From Nitrospirota bacterium (GTDB taxonomy: Bacteria > Nitrospirota > UBA9217): a stretch of 64,000 nucleotides of DNA. Shown piece after piece: positions 18,745 to 26,847 of this stretch (positions are counted from its first letter, which is position 1; each line of letters starts with the position of its first letter). Under the pieces are notes generated by a model. It searched no databases, was not told the DNA's origin, and worked only from the letters and a program-made list of their open reading frames with translations. The DNA lies in NCBI GenBank assembly GCA_037444505.1, contig JBBIMH010000017.1, positions 1,516-65,515 on the forward strand, given 5' to 3'. The position numbers were made by a program, and so were the translations under genes.

Positions 18745-20001
18745 TTGGCGGTGCTGGAGCGGATAAGGTCTTTCATAGAGCGGAGACGGTTTCTCACGTT
18801 CTTGGCGGTCATGGGGCCGGGGCTTATCGCCGGAAACGCCGGCAATGACGCAGGCGGCATCGCCACCTATTCCATTGTAGGCGCTCGGGAGGGATACGGA
18901 CTGTTGTGGGCGCTCATCCTGAACACCGTGGCCCTGGCGGTGGTGCAGGAGATGTCCGCACGTATGGGCGTGGTTACAGGCAAGGGCTTCGGAGACCTCG
19001 TGCGGGAGCGGTTCGGGGTGAGGGTCACCCTGCTTGTGATGTCGCTCTTCATATTCGCCAATCTCACCGTGACGATCGCGGAGTTCGCGGGTATCGCTGC
19101 GGCGCTCGAACTGTTCGGCGTACATAGATACATATCCATGCCGGTGGTCGCCATCATTGTCTGGTTCGTAGTGGTAAAGGGCAATTTCAAACAGGTGGAG
19201 CGCTTCCTTATCGCCATCAGCATGGTCTATCTTACATATGTCGTATCAGGCTTCCTCGCGAACCCGCCGTGGCTGGAGGTGGCCAGACAGATCGTCATGC
19301 CGAGGATCCGTATGGATGGCGGGTACATACTCCTGTTTATAACCATGGTGGGCACCACCATCACCCCGTACATGCAGTTCTACCTCCAATCGGCGATAGT
19401 GGACAAGGGCGTCCGCGTGGAGGAGTACAAATATACAAGGATGGATGTCTACGCAGGCTCTTTCATGACGGGTTTCATCGCATTTTTCATCATACTTGCC
19501 ACGGGGACGACTCTGCACCCGGCCGGGATAGAGGTGCATACCGCTGAAGAGGCCGCCCAGGCCCTGAGGCCGCTCGCCGGCGAATTCGCTTCTCAACTCT
19601 TTGCCATAGGCCTCCTGAACGCCTCGTTTCTCGCCGCGCTCGTACTTCCGCTCGCCACTGCATACGGTCTTGCCGAGGCCTTCGGTTGGGAGTCAGGCAT
19701 CAACAGGACATTCCGCGAGGCCCCCCAATTTCTGGGCATCTACACCCTTTTCATCGTAATCGGCGCCGGTGTCATCACAATCCCGGGCGCTCCGCTCATC
19801 AAGATTATGTTCCTGTCCCAGACCGTCAACGGCGTACTGCTGCCCGCGGTCCTCGTCATAATGCTGAGGCTCGTGAACGACAAGGAGTTGATGGGGGAAT
19901 ATGTGAATTCGAGGCGGATGAATATAATCACCTGGATCACCGTGGTTGTGATCATCCTGCTGGCCGTCGCCATGCTCGCGACGAGTTTTCTGGACGGATG
20001 A
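18745..20001 (+). CDS. NRAMP/SLC11-family transporter, non-canonical metal site (NRMT-like)
   Basis: 418 aa with ~11 TM and NRAMP-like topology and sequence. TM1 reads GNDAGG rather than DPGN. TM6 reads GTTITPYMQFYLQS rather than GAxxMPHNLYLHS. Confidence 0.85.
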   Translation: MAVLERIRSFIERRRFLTFLAVMGPGLIAGNAGNDAGGIATYSIVGAREGYGLLWALILNTVALAVVQEMSARMGVVTGKGFGDLVRERFGVRVTLLVMSLFIFANLTVTIAEFAGIAAALELFGVHRYISMPVVAIIVWFVVVKGNFKQVERFLIAISMVYLTYVVSGFLANPPWLEVARQIVMPRIRMDGGYILLFITMVGTTITPYMQFYLQSAIVDKGVRVEEYKYTRMDVYAGSFMTGFIAFFIILATGTTLHPAGIEVHTAEEAAQALRPLAGEFASQLFAIGLLNASFLAALVLPLATAYGLAEAFGWESGINRTFREAPQFLGIYTLFIVIGAGVITIPGAPLIKIMFLSQTVNGVLLPAVLVIMLRLVNDKELMGEYVNSRRMNIITWITVVVIILLAVAMLATSFLDG

Positions 20002-20005
20002 CAGC

Positions 20006-20707
20006 TCAGGTATCGGACGTCCCAGGCTCGTATGGTATCGGATCCTTCACGCCGGCCTCTCTGAAGCCCTTAAGCCTGAGCAGGCAGCTCTCGCATCTGC
20101 CGCAGGCTCTCTCGCTGTTACGATAGCAGCTCCATGTGAGGTGGAAGGGGGCATGGAGTTCCATGCCTTTTTTCACAATCTCGGATTTCTTAAGATGTAT
20201 GAGCGGGGTGACGATTTCTATCCGCGTCTCGGGCTTCGTTCCGGTCTCGATCGCCTTATTGAAGGCATGATAGAAGACCTCTCTGCAGTCTGGATAGCCT
20301 GAGCTGTCTTCTTCTACAGCGCCTATGAATATCTTCGTCGCTCCGATGACCTCCGCCCAGGAGGTCGCGACAGCCAGCAGGTGGGCGTTTCGGAAAGGGA
20401 CATATGTAACAGGGACTGAATGAGTCCGCAGTTCGTGGTTTTGGGCTCTCGGCTCCGGTACGGGGATGGTTTCATCGGTCAGGGCGGAACCGCCTATCTG
20501 CTTCAGATAGCGGAGGCTCAGGACGAGGCGCCTCCGGACCCCGTATAAATCCGCAATATCATTGAATGAGCGCAGCTCCCTGTCTTCGGTCCTTTGGCCG
20601 TAATTGACATGCAGAAGCGCGAGTTCGTATTTATCATTTGCAATGGCGGCGGTGACGCAACTGTCCATACCGCCGCTCAACAGGACAACGGCAAGCTCCC
20701 TCTTCAT
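20006..20707 (-). CDS. queC: 7-cyano-7-deazaguanine synthase
   Basis: N-terminal PP-loop [10 protein letters not shown] and a C-terminal Zn-binding cluster [10 protein letters not shown]. Confidence 0.93.
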   Translation of the reverse strand: MKRELAVVLLSGGMDSCVTAAIANDKYELALLHVNYGQRTEDRELRSFNDIADLYGVRRRLVLSLRYLKQIGGSALTDETIPVPEPRAQNHELRTHSVPVTYVPFRNAHLLAVATSWAEVIGATKIFIGAVEEDSSGYPDCREVFYHAFNKAIETGTKPETRIEIVTPLIHLKKSEIVKKGMELHAPFHLTWSCYRNSERACGRCESCLLRLKGFREAGVKDPIPYEPGTSDT

Positions 20708-20771
20708 GGCCGTAATGTACCACGATCAGGCTGTGCGTTCCATATTTTTATGGGCTGTCTGACTAAAAGGC

Positions 20772-20856
20772 GAAGGATGTCGGCCGTCTGGTCAACCGGG
20801 GGATATGTTCTATATTATCTCTCGAGGGGGATCGGCATCCATGGCCGACATCCTTC
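20772..20856. repeat. Perfect 14-bp inverted repeat enclosing 57 nt
   Basis: GAAGGATGTCGGCC (20772-20785) pairs with GGCCGACATCCTTC (20843-20856). It lies between the stop of the small Zn-ribbon ORF and the queC start. On the minus strand the structure is followed by GCCTTTTAG. Confidence 0.6.
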
Positions 20857-20859
20857 ATA

Positions 20860-20988
20860 TCAGTGGCTGCCGTGTATGAGCATCGGGAGGCAGCGGACGC
20901 AAACTATCTTTTCCCTGCCCTCGTGGTAGCAGGGCATATATACCCTGTTTTTGTCGTCTGCGCCGCAGACGAAGCATTTTATCTCCAT
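20860..20988 (-). CDS. Candidate 42-aa zinc-ribbon small protein
   Basis: MEIKCFVCGADDKNRVYMPCYHEGREKIVCVRCLPMLIHGSH* with CxxC...C...CxxC. Its ATG lies 1 nt after the stop of the upstream DUF1858 gene, with GGAG overlapping that gene's end. It is below the ORF-track cutoff. Confidence 0.4.
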   Translation of the reverse strand: MEIKCFVCGADDKNRVYMPCYHEGREKIVCVRCLPMLIHGSH

Positions 20989-20989
20989 T

Positions 20990-21202
20990 TTACTCCTCCA
21001 GTGCATTTATCTCGTCCACAATCTTGTTCGGATCGATATTGTGCATCATCGAGCCGAAAGATATGGACTCCATGTTGATGCCGGGGCATGTAAAGCAGCC
21101 GTTGCCGAAGTATTTCTGGATGACCTCCTTGGCCTTCGGGTTGTCCTTGATGACCTGTCCGATTATAGAATCCTTCGTCACCTTCTTTTTCTCCGCTATC
21201 AT
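20990..21202 (-). CDS. DUF1858-type small redox protein (hybrid-cluster-protein-associated disulfide protein family)
   Basis: 70 aa: MIAEKKKVTKDSIIGQVIKDNPKAKEVIQKYFGNGCFTCPG...SFGSMMHNIDPNKIVDEINA, matching the DUF1858 pattern with a CxxC. GAGGAGG RBS 6 nt before ATG 21202. Confidence 0.75.
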   Translation of the reverse strand: MIAEKKKVTKDSIIGQVIKDNPKAKEVIQKYFGNGCFTCPGINMESISFGSMMHNIDPNKIVDEINALEE

Positions 21203-21260
21203 GGCTGACCTCCTCATTGGGTTTGTTAGCCTAAGTCTACTAGAATTTAAAGACCCGTGC

Positions 21261-21276
21261 TATGATACATATCATA
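21261..21276. promoter_or_regulatory. Candidate Crp/Fnr-family operator
   Basis: The palindrome TATGATACATATCATA has an ATGAT-N4-ATCAT core with the TTGAT-N4-ATCAA spacing of FNR-type boxes. It lies in the divergent region between the DUF1858 gene and the 21368 membrane gene, 0.5 kb from a crp/fnr-family gene. Confidence 0.4.
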
Positions 21277-21367
21277 ATGCCTTCCCGGCGGCGCATATGA
21301 GCGGGGTCATAGCATTCGGAGTGAGTATGTCTTATAATCGCATCAACATTCTACAGGAGGTGTATCC

Positions 21368-21781
21368 ATGGATAGGTTCGTGAAGGGGTTCATCGTGATG
21401 AGTATCGTGTATCTCGGTATCGCCACGGTCGTGGGAGTGCTGATGCTTTCGAGCGAGACGCTGCTACCGCTCAAGTTCGTGCATTCCCACCTCAACATGC
21501 TGGGCTGGGTCTCGATGATGATCTACGGGGTCGGCTACCATATACTGCCCAGGTTCATGGGAAGGCCGCTCTACAGTATACAACTGGGCCAGCTGCAGTT
21601 CGGCCTGGCAAATATAGGACTCGTTGGCATGCTCTTTTTCTATACCCTGAATATATATTCGCCCGCGGGCATCTACAGGGTGCTTATGGTCCTATTCGGC
21701 GCGGTAGAGGCATTGTCCGTGTTCCTGTTTTTCTATAATATGCTGATGACACTCCTATCTAAGATGGAAGAGGCGCATTGA
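21368..21781 (+). CDS. Hypothetical 4-TM membrane protein with conserved His residues
   Basis: 137 aa with an AGGAGG RBS and four hydrophobic helices. The motif HSHLNMLGWVSMMIYGVGYHILPRF is reminiscent of heme-copper-oxidase/NnrS-like helices, but the family is not established. Confidence 0.6.
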   Translation: MDRFVKGFIVMSIVYLGIATVVGVLMLSSETLLPLKFVHSHLNMLGWVSMMIYGVGYHILPRFMGRPLYSIQLGQLQFGLANIGLVGMLFFYTLNIYSPAGIYRVLMVLFGAVEALSVFLFFYNMLMTLLSKMEEAH

Positions 21782-21838
21782 GCGAATAACATGCAGAAGG
21801 ACGGCGGGCAGTCGGTCGGGCTGTCTGCCGTCCGCCGC

Positions 21839-22510
21839 CTATGACGAAAGAGAGGCCAGCCCCTCTCTGTCCTTTATGACGATCTTTCCGTCGGAGTCGG
21901 AGAGCAGGCCCTGTTTCTTGAACTTGCTGAATGTTCGGATGGAGGTCTCGACGGTGGTGCCCACCATATCGGCCACGTCCTGTTTCGTGAGGCGCATGTC
22001 TATGAGCAGGCCTTCATTCGTCTCGACGCCAACCTTGCCGGCCAGCTTCAAAAGAAGCGCGGCGATACGCGCCTCGACCCGTTCCAGGGCGATGTTCTTC
22101 AGGGACTCGTATGAGCTCTTCATGCGGTCGCCGAGCTGCAGCGCTATGCAGTACATGAGGTTGGGGAAGCGGTCTACGACGCGCATGAGATTCTTCCTCG
22201 ATATCTTGAGCACCTCTGTGTCTTCCATCGCCACCGCATTCGCGGGGTAGGGGAAGTTCTTGAGCACCGCCACTCCGCCGAATATGTCCCCTGGAGAGAT
22301 GATCTCGAGGATCACCTCCTTGCCTTCGTTCGAAAGCCTTGTGATCTTGACCTTGCCTGTAGAAACTATGTAAAACCAGTCCGGCGGGTCTCCTTCGGAG
22401 AAGATATGTTCCCTTTTTTTGTAAGAGGAGGACGTCAGATAGGCCGAGAGCTCCTTTATCTCTTCCTCCGAGAGGTTCTTGAACAGGGCGATATCCTTGA
22501 GGCCTTTCAT
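21839..22510 (-). CDS. Crp/Fnr family transcriptional regulator
   Basis: N-terminal cNMP-binding beta-barrel (FSEGDPPDWFYIVSTGKVKI) and a C-terminal HTH (TKQDVADMVGTTVETSIRTFSKF). It has no N-terminal Cys cluster, so it is not a classical FNR. Confidence 0.92.
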   Translation of the reverse strand: MKGLKDIALFKNLSEEEIKELSAYLTSSSYKKREHIFSEGDPPDWFYIVSTGKVKITRLSNEGKEVILEIISPGDIFGGVAVLKNFPYPANAVAMEDTEVLKISRKNLMRVVDRFPNLMYCIALQLGDRMKSSYESLKNIALERVEARIAALLLKLAGKVGVETNEGLLIDMRLTKQDVADMVGTTVETSIRTFSKFKKQGLLSDSDGKIVIKDREGLASLSS

Positions 22511-22519
22511 AATGGATGG

Positions 22520-22548
22520 ATTATACTAAAAAAGATGGGATTTGGCAA
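22520..22548 (-). promoter_or_regulatory. Near-consensus sigma-70 promoter of the crp/fnr-family gene, leaderless geometry
   Basis: On the minus strand: TTGCCA (22543-22548), 17-nt spacer, TATAAT (22520-22525), then only 9 nt to ATG 22510 with no SD. Confidence 0.5.
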
Positions 22549-22557
22549 AGGACAAAT

Positions 22558-22784
22558 GGCTCATCGCGTATAATAATGCAAATGACAATTTCAGATAGAG
22601 CCTAACAGGGTATGCCTTCATGACTTTTAGAATGAGATAAATATCATATCTGTGTATTGTGAATATAAAACCTTCGGCCTCATGAATCAGCGCTGTGTCT
22701 GTTATGCAGGTCTCTGCCTAAGGTATCGCTCTAAAAGTCATTCCGGCACATCCTGCAGGCCTGCACCAAAAAACGTGATGAGCC
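22558..22784 (+). mobile_element. MITE copy 3 (227 bp)
   Basis: Termini are GGCTCATCGCG (left) and GGCTCATCACG (reverse complement of the right end). An exact 8-bp direct repeat GGACAAAT flanks it at 22550-22557 and 22785-22792. Confidence 0.88.
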
Positions 22785-22804
22785 GGACAAATAGTATCAG
22801 GCGG

Positions 22805-23275
22805 TCACTTCAGCCGCTTCCAGAATATATATTCGGATGCATCCGGTATGATGAGCCCCGGGAGGCTGCCGACCTTTCTGTAGCCTGCCTTTTTGTAGAA
22901 GGCTTGAGCCATGCGGTTGAAGGACGATACGCAGAGGTAGATATTGCCTGCCTTTTTCCCGACAGACTTTTCGACGAACGCGAGGAGCTTCCTCCCGATG
23001 CCCATGCCGCGCACATCCGGCGCTACGGCTATGGCGCGGAGATAACCGCCGCGCGCGAATACCGGTTCGGCGGTAAACAGCGCGAACCCCACGGTTCTCC
23101 CCCCGATGACGCAGACGCGGCATTCCAACCCGCCGCATCTCGAGCGCGATATCGCTTGCGAAAAGTCGACCCCCTCTCCCAGGCTGAGCCATGGTTCGGA
23201 TTCCTCTGCAATCTTTTCGCAGGCCCGGATGTGCGAGCGACGCATAGGCAGGATCTTCAAGCCGGCTCCGTTCAT
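22805..23275 (-). CDS. GNAT family N-acetyltransferase
   Basis: Acetyl-CoA binding motif (AVAPDVRGMGIGRKLL) within a GNAT fold, 156 aa. It overlaps the coaE stop by 4 nt. Confidence 0.85.
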   Translation of the reverse strand: MNGAGLKILPMRRSHIRACEKIAEESEPWLSLGEGVDFSQAISRSRCGGLECRVCVIGGRTVGFALFTAEPVFARGGYLRAIAVAPDVRGMGIGRKLLAFVEKSVGKKAGNIYLCVSSFNRMAQAFYKKAGYRKVGSLPGLIIPDASEYIFWKRLK

Positions 23276-23886
23276 CTCTCCTTGAGCGCCTCCTGCACTA
23301 TCTTTTCATATACATGCCGGGCATACTGCTCTGTCTGCTCTCGCGTGCCGGTATTTTCTATTACATAGTCCGCATGCATCCTCTTCTCAGAAAGAGGCAT
23401 CTGGCTCTCTATTCTCCTTATGGCCTTCTCTCTCGTGAGCCCGTCCCGCAAAACGAGCCGTTCTATCTGCTGCTCCGGTTCCGCATACACCACCACGGTC
23501 TTGTCCATCTTTCTGTGAAAACCGGTCTCTATTAGCAGTGCTGCATCGAAGACGATGATCGCCTCAGGGTATCTCTCGAGTATGCGGTGCACCTGTATGG
23601 TATAGACTTCAAATACCTTCGGATGCAGACAACCATTGAGCCATTGTCTCGCCTGTCGATCATTGAAGATTATCCCCCCGAGTTTTCTGCGGTCTATTGA
23701 GCGGTCCGGCAGCAGGATACCCTCTCCGAAGTGGCCCAATACTTCTTTCCACGCCTCTTCGCCCGGGGAGAGGAGTTCGTGTACAATCTTGTCCGCGTCT
23801 ATTACATGCGCACCAAGGGCCTTGAAGACCCTCGCCACGAGGCTCTTTCCGCTTGCGATGCCGCCTGTAAGCCCAACCTTCAACAT
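23272..23886 (-). CDS. coaE: Dephospho-CoA kinase
   Basis: N-terminal P-loop GLTGGIASGKS and CoaE family sequence throughout, 204 aa. Confidence 0.93.
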   Translation of the reverse strand: MLKVGLTGGIASGKSLVARVFKALGAHVIDADKIVHELLSPGEEAWKEVLGHFGEGILLPDRSIDRRKLGGIIFNDRQARQWLNGCLHPKVFEVYTIQVHRILERYPEAIIVFDAALLIETGFHRKMDKTVVVYAEPEQQIERLVLRDGLTREKAIRRIESQMPLSEKRMHADYVIENTGTREQTEQYARHVYEKIVQEALKER

Positions 23887-24560
23887 TATCTTACCAGTAA
23901 TGAGTATGCCTTGTAGAACAGCGACACTGAGACGGAGATTGAATCCATTATACCATCTCTCAGGAAAAGGAGGAAGCTCATGTTACGTGCGAGCAGTATG
24001 CTCATGATGAGGCCGAAGAAGAGCACATTGAACAGGTAAATCAGCGGGTAGGAAAAGACCGCGCCGAGCTCCTTTATGTCGTCCTGATCCGCCCTCAGAA
24101 AAGAGAACGTGAGTATTACATGAAAAGCATAGGTAGAGCCGGAAATAGCTGTGAGCCAGCCGTCCGCATCCTTGACCTCCGCCGTCTTCGCTGCGGCGTA
24201 AAGCGCAAGGGCGATGAACGTATATATAGGGAAGAAGTACGGGGCGAGGGTGATTACGAAATTGGATTTCGTAATCACTACCCTGCCGCCCCGCTCGCTC
24301 GCATGGAACGACTTGACAGAGCCGCCGAACAGCATGGCGAATAGGGCATGGGTGAGCTCATGCCCGAATACATAGGTGAGGATAGGCCTCCGGAACATGA
24401 GGTGTATGACCGCATAGGCGGAGCATCCCAAAAGAAAATAATACGGCGCAGCGTCGCGGTATGAGACTGTTGCAACGGTCTCCGCGAGTCTTATGGTGAA
24501 ACCTATGCAAAAAGGCAGGAGGGCGAGACCGGCGGATGTCCTCAATATCCTCCTTATCAT
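23886..24560 (-). CDS. Membrane protein with HExxH zinc-metalloprotease motif (M50B/DUF3267-like)
   Basis: Six or more TM helices and the motif FGHELTHALFAMLFGG. The start was chosen at MIRRILRTSAG, 8 nt after the lptG stop. Confidence 0.6.
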   Translation of the reverse strand: MIRRILRTSAGLALLPFCIGFTIRLAETVATVSYRDAAPYYFLLGCSAYAVIHLMFRRPILTYVFGHELTHALFAMLFGGSVKSFHASERGGRVVITKSNFVITLAPYFFPIYTFIALALYAAAKTAEVKDADGWLTAISGSTYAFHVILTFSFLRADQDDIKELGAVFSYPLIYLFNVLFFGLIMSILLARNMSFLLFLRDGIMDSISVSVSLFYKAYSLLVR

Positions 24561-24568
24561 TACAACGG

Positions 24569-25654
24569 CTACCTCTCCCTGTGCAGTCTGAACAACACGT
24601 ATCCTGATGCGATCGCGAATACGGCGTTTGCAAGCCATGCGGCAGGCATGGCCGGGATCGCGCCTGAGCGTCCCATGGCAGCACCTATGCTCATCAAGGC
24701 CCAGTATGCGAATGCAATGAGCACGGCCATGGCGATGCCCCAGCCGGCGCCGCCGCTCCGAATGCGTTGGAGAGACAAGGGGGTCGCAATCAGTATCATG
24801 AGGAGACTCGAGAGGGGGAATGAAATCTTGCCGTGCAGGTCCACATCATACCTTGCGGTATTGTAACCGCTCGCCCTGAGCCTGCGGATATACTCCCAGA
24901 GCTCTCCAAAGCTCATCTCTTCGGAACTTCTTACGACCATACCGAGGCTTTCCGGGCTCTCCACGACATTGTATATCTCGTTTTCCGCGCTGCGGACTGT
25001 AACGATGTCTCCGACCAGGCTGAACTTCCTACTCTCTTTGAGACGCCATGCTCCATCCTCCCAGATCAGCCTGCCTGCTGTTATCCTCTCCCTCACAGAA
25101 AAGTCAGGGTTCAGCTTGTATATATTGATGCCGTACATCTCGTTCCTGTTCGGAGAGACGATGTCTATGTTCGCTATGCTGTTGTCGGGTTCGCGCAGCC
25201 AGAGCTTCTGCTGCCTGAAGACCACCACCTGCTTCTTTTTTTCCACTTCCACCTTGCGGATATACAACGCCCTTGCGGCGTATTCCGGCATTATCAGCTC
25301 GTTGTTTATGAATCCCAGAGCGGATATCAATATCCCACCGATAATGACGGGCGCGATAATCCTCCCCAGGCTCGCGCCGCCTGCCCTCATTGCGATAATC
25401 TCATTGTGGCGCGAGAGATTGCCGAGGGAGATAAGCGTCGCCACGAGAGCGGCTATGGGTATCGAGGGCGTTGCAATGGCCGGCAGGCTGTAGAGGAAAT
25501 ACCTTGCTGTCTGTCCGAAGTGGGCGCCGTGCCTTATGAAGTCGTCCGCCTTCTGGAGAAAATCCACGCACAGATACACGCTCAAGATGCCTATGAGTGC
25601 GGCGAGGAAGAGCCGGATGAACTCCCTGAATATATACCTGCCGAGAATGGTCAC
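24569..25654 (-). CDS. lptG: LPS export ABC permease LptG (YjgP/YjgQ family)
   Basis: N-terminal ILGRYIFREF motif, TM helices flanking a periplasmic beta-jellyroll region, and a GTG start with an AAGGAGG RBS. Confidence 0.85.
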   Translation of the reverse strand: MTILGRYIFREFIRLFLAALIGILSVYLCVDFLQKADDFIRHGAHFGQTARYFLYSLPAIATPSIPIAALVATLISLGNLSRHNEIIAMRAGGASLGRIIAPVIIGGILISALGFINNELIMPEYAARALYIRKVEVEKKKQVVVFRQQKLWLREPDNSIANIDIVSPNRNEMYGINIYKLNPDFSVRERITAGRLIWEDGAWRLKESRKFSLVGDIVTVRSAENEIYNVVESPESLGMVVRSSEEMSFGELWEYIRRLRASGYNTARYDVDLHGKISFPLSSLLMILIATPLSLQRIRSGGAGWGIAMAVLIAFAYWALMSIGAAMGRSGAIPAMPAAWLANAVFAIASGYVLFRLHRER

Positions 25655-25667
25655 TTGAAGAGCCTCC

Positions 25668-26846
25668 TTATGAAGGCAGCCTGCCTCTATTTCTCATGCC
25701 GCGGAAGAACTCGATGACGCTGCGCATGATGCCCATGTCTATTTCATGACCCCTGATGAACACCGTCGCAATTGCGGCGACCGTCATGATGGCATTAGGT
25801 ATCCAGTAGGCGGCGGCCGGAGAGAGGGTGCCCGCCTCTGCGAGGCTCTTTCCCGCCCCGAGCAGTACATAGTATGCCAGAAACACTCCGAGGGAGATCG
25901 TTATCCCTACGGACTTCGCTGTTCGGCTGCGCCGTATCCCGAGCGGTGCACCCATGACACCGAACAGCAAGCAGGCGAACGGCACGGAGAGCCTTGTCTG
26001 GAGTTCTCCTTCAATTTGGATTGAAGGCCGCCCTTCTTTCTTGAGCCTTCTTGCGTCACGCATCAGTCTCAGCGTATCCGTCTCTTTATAGTCTTTATCA
26101 ATCGTACCATTAAGCAGCAAGGCCTTGCTGATATCGAGATACAGTCTGCCCCTGTCGAAGTGCGACAGGCTGTATGAATCTCCGTCCTTCGCCTGGGCGT
26201 GTATGTCGCCCTCTTCCATGGAAAGAGTCACGCTCAATGCACCCGGATCTGCGATGAGCCTTCCGCGTTTCGCGGTGATAACGAGCGGCGAAGATTTCAC
26301 GCGTTCGTCGGATATGAAGATGCCTTCCATATTATCGAGAGACTTTATCCTGTCCACGTATATGACGATGCCGTCGAAGGTGTTGGTAAACACGCCTTCT
26401 TCTATGCCCACCAGGGCGCGTGACCTGACCATGGCGAACAGGTGCTCTTTCGTGGCGCGGTTGGCATCGGGAAGTATTACGAGCGATATGACCGCCGTGA
26501 GCAGAAACGTGAACAGCGAGAATACGACCACGGGCCTGAGCATGGAGTATAGGCTTATCCTCGAGGCCTTCATCGCTATGACCTCCGCATCGGATGACAA
26601 CCTCCCGAATGCGGAAACCGATGCGATAAGCGTCGCCATAGGGATGGTGATGATGAGGAAGCCGGGCATGATATATAGAAAGAGCTTGAGCGTCGAATAG
26701 AGAGTGGCGCCCTTGGACACCACTAGCTCTGCGAGCCTGAACATCTTCTGTATGAAGAATACGAGGGTGAGGGTGGCCAACGAGAGCAAAAACGGTACGA
26801 CTAGCTCTCTGAGGATATATCTATCGAGTATCCTGAACTTGAACAT
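25668..26846 (-). CDS. lptF: LPS export ABC permease LptF (YjgP/YjgQ family)
   Basis: N-terminal ILDRYILRELVVPF motif with the same architecture as lptG. ATG 26846 abuts the stop (26848-26850) of the upstream gene. Confidence 0.85.
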   Translation of the reverse strand: MFKFRILDRYILRELVVPFLLSLATLTLVFFIQKMFRLAELVVSKGATLYSTLKLFLYIMPGFLIITIPMATLIASVSAFGRLSSDAEVIAMKASRISLYSMLRPVVVFSLFTFLLTAVISLVILPDANRATKEHLFAMVRSRALVGIEEGVFTNTFDGIVIYVDRIKSLDNMEGIFISDERVKSSPLVITAKRGRLIADPGALSVTLSMEEGDIHAQAKDGDSYSLSHFDRGRLYLDISKALLLNGTIDKDYKETDTLRLMRDARRLKKEGRPSIQIEGELQTRLSVPFACLLFGVMGAPLGIRRSRTAKSVGITISLGVFLAYYVLLGAGKSLAEAGTLSPAAAYWIPNAIMTVAAIATVFIRGHEIDMGIMRSVIEFFRGMRNRGRLPS

Positions 26847-26847
26847 T

